A stretch of 64,000 nucleotides of DNA. Origin: Felis catus (lineage: Eukaryota). The notes beneath the pieces were generated by a model, which was not told the origin of the DNA, did no database searches, and saw only the letters and a list, made by a program, of their open reading frames with translations. Location: NCBI RefSeq assembly GCF_018350175.1, contig NC_058368.1:131194001-131258000 (forward strand), read 5' to 3'. The translations under genes and the position numbers were made by a program. Below are positions 12,229 through 25,824 of the stretch, one piece after another (the first letter of the stretch is position 1; each line of letters opens with the position of its first letter).

Positions 12229-12420
12229 TGGAGCTCCTGGGTAGTTCAGTTGGTTAAGCATCCGACTTTGGCTGAGGCCCGACTTTGGCTCAGGTCATGA
12301 TCTCATGGTTCATGGGTTTGAGCCCTGTGTCAGGCTCTGCACTGACAGTGTGGCCTGCTTGGAATTCTCTGTCTCTGACCCTCTTCAGCTGGTACTTTCT
12401 CTCTCTCTCAAAATAAATAA
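12229..12420 (+). mobile_element. Can-SINE with internal duplication
   Basis: CCGACTTTGGCT(G/C)AGG occurs twice in the head; CT tract and AATAAA tail present. Confidence 0.9.
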
Positions 12421-12424
12421 GCTT

Positions 12425-12586
12425 AATTTTTTTATTTTTATTTTAATGTTTATTCTTGAGAGAGAGAGAGAGAGAGAGAACGAGTGGGGGAGGGCAGACA
12501 GAGAGGGAGACACAGAATCGGAAGCAGGCTCCAGGCTCTGAGCTGTCAGCACAGAGCCTGATGAGGGACTTGAACCCACGAACCAT
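12425..12586 (-). mobile_element. Headless Can-SINE, tail-to-tail with previous copy
   Basis: Reverse tail, (GA)n and body; stops at GAACCATG with no A-box region. Confidence 0.9.
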
Positions 12587-13734
12587 GTCTTTCCAGGCTG
12601 AGGCTATGCCAGCGCCTTCAAACAGCAATATCTGAATCTTCATCATAAGGTTCGTACGTTATTACAAGGAACCTATGAAGTAAATGTTCACTAGAGAAAT
12701 CAGTGCTATTAAAGATATGTGTTTGGCTAGGAAAACTGTACAGTTCCCTCTGCCTTTCCATGAATGAAATCCAAAACTCTGTTGAGCCCAGCAGGCTACC
12801 ACCTTGAAAGAATACCCCTGGTCTCAAGCTTTTTTCATCCTGTGTCCATCTATTTAAGGCTGGAATCTCTTTCCTGCTCCAACTGGGTTAGCTGATGCCA
12901 CTGACAGAATATTGTGTTCTCCACAATGAAAGATTCATGTAAGGTCCTAAGGTCCTAAAAGAGCCAAAAATAGGGGCTTCAATGGGTTTATAGGAAAAGT
13001 TGTTTTCTATGTTTATTGCCAGCTAACAAAAAAAAAAAATTGTTTGGAGACACTGATTTTCATTTTAATAATTCAAGTGGTAGCAGCGTTGTGGAGGAGG
13101 AAATGTACTTCCCAGCTCTCTCTAATTGTCAAAGACTTCCATTTCACCAAAGTAACCTGGTAATTGTAAGCAGCCAATTAGACAAACCAATTTTCAGGTC
13201 AAATATGGCACAAAATTTGAATAAAACGCAATACAGAATGTTATCTGTTTCTCAATAAAGCTGTTTATCAAGTGACATGTTTGGCTCTATAGGAATCCCA
13301 TTCACAATATTTGGAGATAAATACCTGATTTGCTATGATGACTACCAAAGCAATGACATGTATTCAGGAGATTTACAATTCTCAAGGATCAGTACTTCAG
13401 ATTTTAATCATTAAAATTAAAAACGCTCACCAACCCAAGAAATGTCATCTCCCCCCACCCCCCACCAACTTCCTTTTTGTGACTGTTGTGTGATATCAGG
13501 CAAAACTAGATATCCTCCTTAGACTCACTTTTCTCATGGCTAAAATAAAGAATGAACCTAAATGATTTGTAAGCTCCAATCCAGTTCTAGCCATTTATAA
13601 ATCTCTTCATTCAGGGGCCATTTGTTCAAGACTTCCCCCACTTAAAGCTACTAGGGTAAGCAGCAGGTGAGGTAGGGTGGCTGGAATATAAGACTAATGG
13701 CAAGACAGATGAAAGGACCCACAAACAGGTATAT

Positions 13735-13950
13735 GTATATGCACTATTTTAAGCATTTTAAATGTATCAATGTATTTAATCCCCCCTGCAACTCTACAAG
13801 GTAGTGACTACTATTGCCCCCATTGTATTGATGAGGCAATGGAAGAAAGGTTCAGATTAAATAACTTGCCCAAAGCTACTACTACTAAATGGCAGATCCG
13901 TGTTTCAAATTCATGGCTATCTGCTTCTAGAATATGCTCTCAATCCCCTT
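13735..13950 (-). mobile_element. MIR relic
   Basis: CCCCATTGTATTGATGAGGCAATGG...TTAAATAACTTGCCCAAAG. Confidence 0.75.
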
Positions 13951-14883
13951 AATCATGCCTGCATCTATATATTTTCCTAGCTAAAAGAAACAGATGCAGA
14001 GGTCTGCACTTATTCTGCCACATAGCTCAAAACGGCATCAAGTAAACCAAATAACGATATGGCCTCATAATAGTTCTTCCCCTGAGATCTGGTGCCCCAC
14101 GTGCAAAAAATCAAAAACTATATTTAACATGCCATGAGACCTCAGTAAAGAGCTGGGTGGCAAGCTGCAGACATAAATCAGTGAAAACTTGAAGTTTATA
14201 GGAGCCACTTCAGTCTAAACCTGAACATGTGAATGCTAGCAAAGGGATTGAGACAGATACGATGGAAATTTCTAGAATCCCCTAAGGAGCTTAAATTAAG
14301 AAAAATGAAAGCTGGCATCGAGGAAAATACATATGTAGTGAAAATTTTAAAAGTCTGAGACTATTAAACACAGTTTTTAAAAGTTAAATTTTTACTGAAA
14401 AAAGAAAGAAAGAATATGATTGTGGCAGTCGGAAAGTAATAAAATAACAGAAGTGCCTGAAAAGTGGTACTGGCTGTGAAATCTTCCAAGAATTCAATGG
14501 TTTCAGTAAAACTGATAAAAATGGCTGGCATATTGGAAACTGTCAGAATTAATAAAACCCTAACTAGTATTATAAAATCAGAATAGTTGATGAGGATGTT
14601 TACTGATTCTTTCAAATAATCCACAAGAAAAAAAATCCTGAAAGGATAGCAATCCTGATACTCATTACTTAGAGAAAAAGATTGAAGTTTAGTGGATTAG
14701 ATAATAAAACTATAATTACAACTTAATGATTTTCTGATTTTATGTGAAAATTACTTCTTGTGATGAGTACAAATCAATGCTAATATGAGTAACATTCTCG
14801 AGGTAAATTATTTCTATTTCCACTAGAAGCATCCTTGTAATAGGTGAGAAAAGATGATTTTCACAGCAGCAATTATGTATGTA

Positions 14884-15010
14884 GGGGCGCCTGCTGGCTC
14901 AGTCAGAAAAGCATGTGACTCTCGATCTTGAGATCGTGCATTTGAGCCCCACATTGGGTATAGAGATTGCTTAAATAAATAAAACTTTTAAAAAATAAAA
15001 TGTTTTAAAC
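14884..15010 (+). mobile_element. Short SINEC_c-like SINE
   Basis: GGGGCGCCTGCTGGCTCAGTC...GTATAGAGATTGCTTAAATAAA; approximate TSD ending GTATGTA. Confidence 0.88.
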
Positions 15011-16843
15011 AATAATAAGTATGTAATTATAAGCACCGTGTCCCCCCTCAAAAAAAGAAATTGTATCAAGACTTTAGGACAACTGATGGATTATGATATC
15101 ATTATATAATCATCATTTAATCTGAAATTATAAATTATAGTAGCAATGAAGCCTAGCACTGAAAAAAATATATTAAGGTAGAAAAAAAAATCACCTATAT
15201 TACTTACTAAAAAGAGAAGATAGTGAGATCCTTAAGTAAGGTGGACCCTGGGCACACTTTTATAGTGAGGCTGATGCTTAAGTTATCTGATGACTGATGA
15301 ACGTAGAGTTCTATGAGCCTAAAGCAAATCTCTATATTCTCTGCTACCATTCATGTTCTTTTCAGCTAATTACTTAAAACTCTAAGTCTCATTTTAGTTA
15401 TCTACGAAAAAGGTTATAATACAGCAGAGACCGTGGAGAAATAAATTAAAGTAAGACACCACGGGCTTCCTTCTTGTGGCACTTAGTACATAATACTACA
15501 TAAATATCAGTTTTCTTCCTGCCATTTTGTCTAAAGTTCTCTCCACTGGAAAAATTTCACAGTAATGAAAGTTACAGACTTCAAGACACTTGTAATCCTG
15601 TTAGAATGACGAGACATATATTCAGAGACAGTTAAAGAATATATAAGCAATTTTTGTGCAAACGTCAAGAACGTAGTGCTAAGTGTTCAAAAATGACACG
15701 TATCAAGGAGAGCATAAATTCTGGTTACCTCTAAGGTTTCAAGGAAAAGACAGCCTGAGGAGGGTCCTGATGCACAGGTTGGGTTACATAAGTAGATGGG
15801 CAGGAGGATCCTTTTCCAAACCAACTGGAGCTGTGTGATCTGGGAATTGGCTCTATGTTTTCATGGGGCAGAATATGACCAGTCCAGCCAACCCAAAGTT
15901 CAGCTTGGGGAGCTTCTGTACCAGACCCCATCTCGTTGTCAGTTACTTTCCTTCAGAGGCTTTCGCCTCATCTCAAACAGCTTTCAAATTCCCTTCCCAG
16001 CGTGCATGCCAGCTGGGGTCCTCCTACTCTCAAAACTGCTTCCTTCCCTGATAAAATGAACGGAAGCATCAAAGTCAAGTGTTCTGAGCCAGGATGTTGA
16101 GATGTATCAGAGTCCCTAGGGCAAAGGAGAGCATGTAGAGAGAATCTGGTACAGGTGATTCTGATAGCCTGCCCCTATCTGAGAGTATCTGGCATAAATT
16201 AATACTAAAGAGAAGTGAAACCAATGAGACAAACACTAGCATGACATCAATAGAAATCAGACATACATATGGATCCAAACAATAGAAGAATATAGAAAGG
16301 CTGCCTCCAATGGCGTGTGGTCCTCGCAAAGAGCTGAAGAAAATCTCAGCCCCAAGGCATCTCTGTATGATATTAAATAATTGAGAGATGAGCCCAGAAT
16401 ACTGAAAATTTATTCATAACTTTTCTGCAGAATGTGACCTCTGCATCCGAAATGACCAGGTTTTTCCTTCCAAGTGAAAAAGGAATGCATTCAGTCTGTC
16501 TACATTTTAACACACAATTATAAGTGGCAACAGAACCTCTCCAAATTGTGGCTTCCGTTACACAAAGATTAGTCCTATGTACAATGTGGAAGTGTCTGTT
16601 GGTTCTGTATCTGTGATTTAGCCACAGCAACACACAGTTACCAGACAAGGTTGGTGTTTATGAAATGAGTTTCCCTCCCCTTGCGGGCAACCGTGCAGTA
16701 GTGTGCAAGGGTAAAGAGCAATGTTGTATACCCCTCCGGTTCACAGATGTGCGTACTAAGTGTAAATGTTTTTATCCTAAAATGAATTCAAATTGCCCTA
16801 AGTGGCTTTTAAACTAAAAATAAATATTAAAAAATGTGGTAAT

Positions 16844-17062
16844 GGGGCGCCTGGGTGGCGCAGTCGGTTAAGCGTCCGACTTCAGCCAGGTCACGATCTC
16901 GCGGTCCGGGAGTTCGAGCCCCGCGTCAGGCTCTGGGCTGATGGCTCGGAGCCTGGAGCCTGTTTCCGATTCTGTGTCTCCCTCTCTCTCTGCCCCTCCC
17001 CCGTTCATGCTCTGTCTCTCTCTGTCCCAAAAATAAATAAAAAACGTTGAAAAAAATTTAAA
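16844..17062 (+). mobile_element. Young felid SINE
   Basis: CpG-intact; TSD AAAAAATGTGGTAATGG at 16829-16845 and 17063-17079. Confidence 0.97.
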
Positions 17063-17789
17063 AAAAAATGTGGTAATGGATGGGTTTCCCTTCATCTCTG
17101 AACATATTGCTGCTGACCCAGCATTGGTAGGGCACACATTTGAGGCCAGATCGACCAGTAGCAGTGATGGATTCGCAGGTTATCTGTGGCCAAGAGCACA
17201 CATTTTAAATTTGACTAGCCAAGGAACAGGGCCAAACAAATCACCCGAAGCAGAAATGGAGCGCAGGCCCTGATTGGTACTTAGAGGTCACAGTGAGACT
17301 CCGCCAACTCCTTCAGCCCTGACCTGACCCCCCATCCCGTCGCCACCTCCAGCATTTAGAAATAAAAGAAATAACATCGTCCTTTGAGATTTCTGCCCTA
17401 ATATTAACACATAGTCGCAATGATCAGGGAGATGTCGAATTACTTTTGAGAGAGAATGGCCTCTGGGTCTGTAGGATCTGACTATGTGCTGGAATAAAAA
17501 TTGATTGACTTCTTAACCTTCCAAACCCAAGAATTATTTCCGTTTTATGGTTCAGCTTCTCCACAGTGTCCCCCACACATTCATCCCATAAGGAAATTCT
17601 TAGGCAAACTGGCCCTAGGCTAAGAGTATCACAGAAAAGGGAGGCTGGGAAAAGAGAGACAGATCTGGAAGGTCCAGGTCCAGAGTGAGGAGGGAAAAAT
17701 GTTTGCTTGCTGAGTTTATGCCTAGGCTCCCAGGCTCCCTTTCTTGTGCAGAATCTGACTAATGAATTAAAATATTGAGAAATATTTTT

Positions 17790-18016
17790 TTAACTTTCTT
17801 TTAAAGATTTTTTTAATGTTTGTTTATTTTTGAGAGTGAGAGAGACAAAGCATGAGCAGAGGAGGGGTAGAGAGAGAGGGAGACACAGAATCTGAAGCAG
17901 GCTCCAGGCTCTGAGCTGTCAGCACAGAACCCAATGTGGGACTTGAACTCATGAACCGAGAGATCATGACCTGAGCAGAAGTTGGACACTTAACCAACTG
18001 AGCCACTCAGGCACCC
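17790..18016 (-). mobile_element. Can-SINE
   Basis: Reverse-strand SINE structure. Confidence 0.93.
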
Positions 18017-18614
18017 TGGAAAATCTGTTTTGTTTTTTTTTTTTAAGAAATTAAGTAAATATCTGGGGATGGGGCAAAAGGTCAGAGAGTAGAAAGAGGG
18101 TTTCATAGGAGTCTCTGGATGTGCTCCAGGATACTAGAGGACTGGGAAGGAAAGAGAAGAGTTTGAAAAGTGTTCTCTGAGTTTGGGTTTGTATCCCACT
18201 TAGTGTTGTGAGAGGTGCATGAAAAAAAGGGAATTCATTTTTCAATTACTTCTGGTTACTGGGCAGTGCTTCTTGAAAGGTGACTCTTTAAGTAGAATGA
18301 GCCAAGGGGATCTTTTATAACTGTACTTTGATTAAATACATTAACATGTGTAAAGAAAGATATGCATCTAAAGTAGAACTAGTCAGTCACAGAAACACAT
18401 GGGGCCAGAAGGCAACCAATGACTTGTGCTCACAGAACCTTAAAAGGACTGTCCGGGAGAGAAAAGTCCAGGCCCAAGAACTGCCCCCTCCAGCTCCTGG
18501 GAGAGAAAACCCCTTTGGATAACCTGGTAGTTAAGGCTCTCAGGGTATAATGCCATTCATATTTAATCCCACAAGTAATCCCCCTTGTTGTGATTTCACA
18601 CTCACGAAGCAATA

Positions 18615-18820
18615 TGTTCTATCCAGGCCTTCAACATGTTGGGTGAGACTCATCCACACTGGGAAGAACAATCTCCTCTATTCGGTCTACAGATTTAACT
18701 ATTATTTTCATAGAAAAACACCCCCCCACACACACACATACACACACCCAGGATAATGCTAACCAAGTATCTGGGCACCTTGCAACCCAGTCAAGTTAAT
18801 ACCAAAAATTAGCCATCACA
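18615..18820 (-). mobile_element. MLT2-type ERVL LTR, 5' fragment
   Basis: Ends CCAGTCAAGTTAATACCAAAAATTAGCCATCACA, the reverse complement of the MLT2 start TGTGATGGTTAATTTT. Confidence 0.8.
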
Positions 18821-20199
18821 GTTGCTGTGTTAGTAATTAAAATTGTTCACTAGTTACGAGCAATTATATTTATGGTGGAAAATTAATACATTGGCCTCCT
18901 GCTTTATATACGTATTTATGTTAACTTGATTAATAGGAAATAATATCTGAAAAATAAATTTGTTTTCAGTGTGCTAATGATTTCAGAAAGAGAGCCTCCA
19001 AGACTGATGTTTATTTAGCTACTAGTACATTCATGAAGATAACAAATACCACCTAAGTAGCTAGGTGACCTTTCTCTGGGGAGTCTAACCTTGCTATTGT
19101 ACATTCTCTTCATGCATACACATGCTAGCCTAAAAATCTCTATTCAAAATGAAGCAAAGGATTAAGCAGCCACCCAATAAATTTCAAACAAAGGAGAGAA
19201 TCACTCAGAATATTTGAAGGGCCATAACCAAAAAGCTGTCAACTTTTTGGGTAGAAAAACATTGGGATTCAGTGTAATAAAAAGAAGGCAATGATACTTT
19301 GGATCTTGTAAACCAAACTGCTCACCAATATTATTCCGAAAGAAAAATTCATCCTCTTAAAATTATATCATATTATTCACAGATGGAAGAAAGGTAGATG
19401 AATTATGAATTTTTTGGAGCCATGAATACATTTTTAATGTTTTTGGATGTTGAGCTTTGACATACTTTTTCATCTTTAAGACAGGCTATCTCAAATTTGA
19501 TGGCCAGATATAAATTATTACGTGTTGGGTTCAGAATAATCAGAAAACGTAATGAACTTTGGTTCTCTCGGGTTGAAAATACATGGACATTGTAATTATC
19601 TCTTAGTTGCAATCTTTGGGCTCCCTTAGTTCCAACCCTAGGAGTTAGAAGGCTTCCCTTTTTTCCCAAAATTATTCTGTTCAAGAGTACAACCAGCTGG
19701 TTCAAGAGACACTAGTGTAAGAGGTTATGCAGTGCATCACCAAGAGCAAACTGAGAGGGCTTACTGTAAGAGTTCAAGTGAATGCATTGCTTATAGCAGG
19801 GAAGTATACAATAGGGTTATTTTTCAGAATCTCTGAGGAATCCATGTTTGGACCCAATTAAAGATCTAGACTTTGGATGCTAGATGACTATAGCATCCGT
19901 GACATAATACTGTTACTCTTATCCCTATGATACCCATTCCCCCTGCCCAGCCCTGAAGAAGCTAGAAGCAGTGGGGAAAGGGTAGGCGGAAGGATCTTTT
20001 AATGCCTGAAAAGGACCTCTAATTATGGAGATCACATTCATAACAGAAAAGCTAAGGCATCTTTCCAAAATATCATAGGGGCAGGGAAAGAGATTCAACA
20101 GAATGTGTTTGAAGGCAAAAATAAGCCATTTTCTTATTGAACCCCATCAATTTCAAATCATTCCATTAAAAAAAGTAACCTGTACACACACACATACAC

Positions 20200-20620
20200 A
20201 TATTATAAGGACTGCTGTTTTCATTTAATATTACCATGAATATTTCTCATGGCATTCAATATTATTCTATATCTTTTTTCTGATTTTATAATACTCATTT
20301 TATAAATATTTGAAAATTTAACTGATTCCTTATTATTAGACATTTAGGTATTTTGCCTAAGTTTGCTTTTGTAACCAATGCTATAATAAATTAATAAATA
20401 ACTTTACCTATAAAGCTTTGTCCATAACCGTGATGAGTTCTTTGGGACACATCTGTAGAAGTAAAATTACTAAATCAATAATTATATACATGTTTGAAGT
20501 TTTGGATATATACTGCCAAATTTCAAAGTGGATAATTTATTAGCGAATACATCTTCAATTAAAATGGTATCAGTATCTCCTCAGAATCTTCTAACGTTCA
20601 TATGAATTTTATTTGCCAAA
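20200..20620 (-). mobile_element. Ancient L1 3' relic
   Basis: AGACATTTAGGTATTTT...GTAGAAGTAAAATTACT...ATATACTGCCAAATT. Confidence 0.6.
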
Positions 20621-20712
20621 TGTAAAAAATGAAAACAATGTTCTAAATGCTGAAAATTATGTTAATTTAGTTAATAGAAGATATTCAACATGAAATTGAA
20701 ATTTAAACTTTT

Positions 20713-20915
20713 GAGGCGCCTGGGTGGCTCAGTTGGTTAAGCGTCCGACTTCGGCTCAGGTCACGATCTCACAGTTTGTGAGGGTCAAGCCTCGTGCTCT
20801 GACAGCTCCTGGAGCCTGCTTTGATTCTGTGTCTCCCTCTGTCTCTCTCTGCCCCTCTCCTGCTTGTGCTCTCTCTCTCTTTCTCTCTCTCTCTCAAAAA
20901 TAAATAAACATTAAA
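20713..20915 (+). mobile_element. Can-SINE with small internal deletions
   Basis: TSD AAATTTAAACTTTT at 20699-20712 and 20916-20929. Confidence 0.95.
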
Positions 20916-21384
20916 AAATTTAAACTTTTAATAAATGGTGAAACGTTTCAGATCCAACTACAATCTACCATCACCTTCACAATAAAAAGCCACCATATAT
21001 TTATTTAATTTGTGGGCTTTCAAGTTAAATTGTTTTTAATAATACCCACACTAGGAATCTATTTAAAATGTTTTCACCAAGAAACCTATGGAGAAAGGTC
21101 TCTCTTCTGGGAGCAGGAGCTCTTTAGGTAACAGTTGGACTTCATGGATACTTGGGTTAAAAATCAGAGATACATCAAAATAATCAAAATTGTAAGACTT
21201 CAGTACAGTTCTGTGTTTTTGGGGGAAAAGAAAAAAAAACTGACACATGGCATGGTTAAACCGGCTATTTGCCAAATGTGTTAAGTGTTGTCCCATCTCC
21301 TGAACTTAAAACAGAAGAGTTCAATAATCATAATTATTAGTGTGTGGGTGACAATAAGAAATCCTTTAAGTTAATATTGTTTAT

Positions 21385-21590
21385 AAGGAGTGTATAGAGC
21401 ATTTTTACATATGCCATCTCATTTGAATGTCATAACACTCTTACAAGATAGCTTTTGTTCTTCTTATTTCATACCAGAGGAAACTAATGATCAAAAAATT
21501 AGTTGACATAAAACTGTGATATAAACATAGCTAGCAGTCAAAGCTGAACCTTCATTTCAAGTCCAGTATCTTTCTACCATGCCGTTCTGC
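21385..21590 (-). mobile_element. MIR relic
   Basis: CATCTCATTTGAATGTCATAACA...GAGGAAACT...TTTCTACCATGCC. Confidence 0.6.
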
Positions 21591-21604
21591 CTCTTGGTTT
21601 GTTT

Positions 21605-21965
21605 GTTCATTCATTCGTTATTCAAGACATACAACAATATGTGCCAGTAACTGTTTTCTACGTACGAGTATAGAACCAGTCAAGTTAGACAAAATCCTTA
21701 TTCTGTCATATCTTATAAGCATTGGGGTGGGGCTGAAAGCAAGGGCAGGAGCAGGAAAGCAACGCTTCAAAATTAAGTTGTAACATGTCGGGAAAGGGCA
21801 AGTGCCATGAAAACGAATCAGGGTTAGAGGAGAGAGAATGATGAGAGATGCTATTTAATATTATGTTCTCAAGGAAGTTCTCTCGGGCGAGGTTAACTTT
21901 TGTGCAGAGACCTAAACGGAATGGGGGATCAAGCTACACAGACATCAGGGCCAAGAGATTCCATA
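21605..21965 (-). mobile_element. L2 3' relic
   Basis: (TTCA)n start, TATGTGCCAG, GACAAAATCC, GCAGAGACCTAAA. Confidence 0.7.
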
Positions 21966-22694
21966 AGGAATATAGAAATCCACCTGCTTTGTCACATTAG
22001 TAGCTATCCTTAAAGAACTAAGGCAAGGCTTGCCTTCTGTGAGCTTGATAATTAATTCTAGATGCAGCGAGAATGAATTTGCTTAAATAAATAAAGGCTT
22101 GGAGAGGGCAAAGACCAAATACATATCCACCACACAGAAGTAAAAACATGAAAGCTTCTGGGGTTTTAACTCTATGTGACATGGTTTTTCAATATTAGTA
22201 GCTTTTTTTTCTCAGGACAGTGTTGGGGCACATAGCTTATTAGTTCATTCTTTTCGAATAAGATCTTGCAAATTAAACGTAGATTCAGAACAGATAAACT
22301 TCATTCACAATCTTGTAAGTAACTTTCAAAGAGATCAACTAATAAATAAAGCGGTTTTTAAAAATCGTATATGTTTTATTAATTTTTAGCACGGTGTTAA
22401 AAAGGGATTTTAACCATTTTCCTTCCCCCAGGGCCTGAAGTATTCAACTTCAAGTAATGAGGTGTAATATGAGTCACTTGCATTGTTGGTATGAGATATT
22501 GGAGATCTTGATCATCTAACTCTTTGGAGAAATCAAATAAACTAAGGAAAAATTCTAGTAACTTAGCCCTATAGAAATAACTTGCAAATATTAAGCGAAA
22601 GAATTGTGAAGACATGCCGAAGACTTAATTTTATTAGGTGTCTGGCTTTATGATATAGAGCCTGTGTAACTGCTGAAATCCACCTCTGTAATTA

Positions 22695-22900
22695 TTGCTA
22701 TCATTTATTGAGCTCTGTGTGTAACAGGCCACATGCTAAGCACTTCTCATGCGTGGTGGTAAAACCCTCTTAAGACTTTATGACGTGAAGTACAATTTTC
22801 ATTGTATTGATGAGGAGAGGTTAAGGTACCCACAGTCATGTAACTAGGAAATGGGAAAGTCAGGGTTTGAACTCACTGCAAGAACCAAGGCCCTCACAGA
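22695..22900 (-). mobile_element. MIR relic
   Basis: CATTTATTGAGC...TGCTAAGCACTT...GATGAGGAGAGGTTAAG...GGGTTTGAACTC. Confidence 0.7.
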
Positions 22901-25592
22901 ATCTGCTAAACTGACTCTGCCAGATTTCAGAGTTGAATTCCCAGCTACTCTGGTGGAGTTCTAACAACCTTGGTGCTGATGAAAAGCAGCATGAGATTTA
23001 ACAGCCGGCTACACATGGTCTCATTCCACCTCAGCTCAAGAACCTCAGAATTCATGGGTATTTTGAACAGTTCAGTGCATGGGAATTGGAAAGAGAGACA
23101 CAAGATCGGCTGACTTTGGTAATGGAGGAGATTTGCTGAGCTCTTCTAAGGTATGAGTAGAATTATGAAAGGCACAGCCTTACCCTCCTACTTGACGGTA
23201 AGCTTTGTGACAACAGACTCTATGTCCTTCACCATGCCCAGTGTGATGCCTGGGACACTCACAGTAGGCCCTTGTCTGCTGACAGAAAAGGGAGGAAGGA
23301 CTGAAGCTCCTATAGAAAAGACAAAGCCTACACAGAGGATGAGACTTCACATCACTTGTGGAGTGAGCCATCACCCACTGCAGAACAGGTATAAGGTCAT
23401 TCAGCTGTCCTGAGGAGCTTGACCCAAACTCAGAGGCAGGAAACAGCAACAGCAAATGATGTTGAGAACCAACCCAGAACAGGCCTTGAACAGCTTTGGC
23501 AACGTCCCCCTTCCCTATGCGTACACGGCCTGACAGTGTCTCCTCTGGACCTTGGGGAAGTGTTCTGACAAGTTTTTATCATCCATTAATTATTGTCTTT
23601 CCCCTGAAGAGAAATATTTTTCTGACAAGTTAAAAACCTCTCTCTGCAATAAAAATGCCTTTGGCCTTTCTGAACCATCTCTGTTTTTCAAGACTATCTT
23701 CTGGAAAGATGCTACAGTGGAATCTTCCAGTCATTTGCCAGGCCAGTATCTGTCCATCAACTAGTAGCTGCACTTATTACTTAATGCTCAAAGCGGGATA
23801 GAAATGTAACCCTCAGCAACCCCGGAGGATTCTTAGTTTCTCCCTTCCTGGGTTCCTGGTCTGATAACACACAATTCTAAGAGGGAAATCCCAGGGAAGA
23901 GAGGGGTCTCATGTGTATATCGATGTGTTTGTGTCTGTGTAGCTGTGTGTCTACACACCAAACTTTTTCCTCTACTCCATGTTTTCTTCGGAGAATGACA
24001 GATTATTATATACTTGCTACAGCCATATTGCCAAGTGTTAGAACAGGTCCAGAAGAGTGTGAGTGATGAAAGATGATGAAGAATCTGGAGGAGCACCAGA
24101 GATTGGAGAAAATAAAGGGGCAGGAGTGTTTTCTGGAGATAGTGAACTTCATAGAGCGTCAGTAGAAAATGAAAGTCTTGAGCAACGAACAAATGTGGTG
24201 AAAAGAACCCAAAGGCACGTAATAACTAAATACAATGAATAAAATTTAGGAAGATCCTAGAATTTTTTTAATGTCTTTAAATATATTTTGGGAACAAGTG
24301 GTGATATTTGAATTTCTGACAGCATTCCCTAATAGTGCTAATCCAAAGAAAATTCTAGACTTAAAATGCAATGTAATTGATTATATAGAAAACAAGTGAA
24401 AATACTTTAGGGATTCTGCTTAGCTTTAGTGTCTGTTTTGCTCCTAGAAACCAATTCTTGGAGCAACCTTGGATCTGTAATGCCCACTCCACCCTAGCCT
24501 CACCGGAATCATGGTTCATCAGAGCTCAGTGTGGGGTCAGTCAGGAGCTCGCGCTTGTTGAGATGGGAAAGGGATGGGAGGGACGGGGATCAGTCAAATT
24601 GAGAATGGGGTGTACTGGCTAGAATCAAGAAGATCTAAATGAGTAGGTATACAAAAAAAAAAAATCAAGACAGGCCCTGAAGAGGCAAAACAGTGATTCA
24701 GTTCCTATCAGTGCAATACAAAGAATCACGATCCCCTGAACAAGCCATGGAGTACATTGTTTAGAGCTAGTTGAGTCTGTAAGTAGTGCTTACAGCACAT
24801 CAGATAAAAAAAAAACCATGTTTGATAGTGATAACAGAGCAAAGGAAAGGGTGATTTTTTTAAGGAAATAAATAAGTATTGATCTAGAGATACTTCTCCT
24901 CACCCCACACAGCCTCGACTCTGGCCAGGCTGGTGCTGCTTGGGGGCTGCTTCTGCAGATGAGAAAGAAAACAAGAGCACAGTTGTGGAGACAGGACCAA
25001 AGTGGGGGCAAAAAACCTGGTAAGACCAGAAACGTTAGAGAAGCATTATCTTCTTTCTCTGTCCCTCTTCCTTTGGTGCCTTAATTCCAAAAGTTACTAA
25101 ATGTTCTAGATGATTTGTGGGCAGCGGTGGCAAGTGGGGGAAGGAAGGGTTTTGCTTTCTTTTCATTCCCAAGTATGTGCCCACAAGGCCATATGAGAGA
25201 CAGTACCCCCAGAAACAAAATGTTGAATGTAAATACATAAAAACTCTACATTAAAGCTTATGGGGGAAGATCTTGTTCCTGGGAAGTGGAAAACAAAACA
25301 TTTCCTACAGGGTTCCGTGTATAACACTAAATATCACTGTGTTAACGTTGCACACATAAACATCTGTAAAATCAGAAAGAGAGAGGTTCCCTCATGAGCC
25401 AGTGGGGAGAATGTAGCAGCAAATATTTCAATTTCCACTGAGACTGGTATTACAGGCAGACTTGGTCTATGCCAGAAGGTTTCTCCCAAAAGTAGAAAAG
25501 CAACCTTTGAGGTGTACACAAGGACCAGGTTAAGACCTTTACCAGCCAGCAAAAGACCCAGATGTTTATGTGGTATTGAAAAGTACTATCTT

Positions 25593-25824
25593 GGGGCGTC
25601 TAGGTGGCTCAGTCGGTTAAACATCCAACTTGGGCTCAGGTCGTGATCTCACGGTTCGTGAGTTCAAGCTCCGCGTCAGGCTCTGTATTGACAGCTCAGA
25701 GCCTGGATCCTGCTTCGGATTCTGTGGCTCCCACTCTCTATGCCCCTTTCCTGCTCACACTCTATCTCTCTCTCTCTCTCTCTCAAAAATAAATAAATAT
25801 TTTTTTAATTTTTTTTTAAAAAGG
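25593..25824 (+). mobile_element. Can-SINE
   Basis: TSD AAAGTACT(A/G)TCTT at about 25580-25592 and 25825-25837. Confidence 0.95.

Noticed and set aside
14506..14586. Peptide AGILETVRIN resembling the myosin motor GILETVRI motif
   Set aside because: Flanking conserved residues (QLR before, GY/F..R after) are absent, a stop follows quickly, and no other myosin exons are visible.
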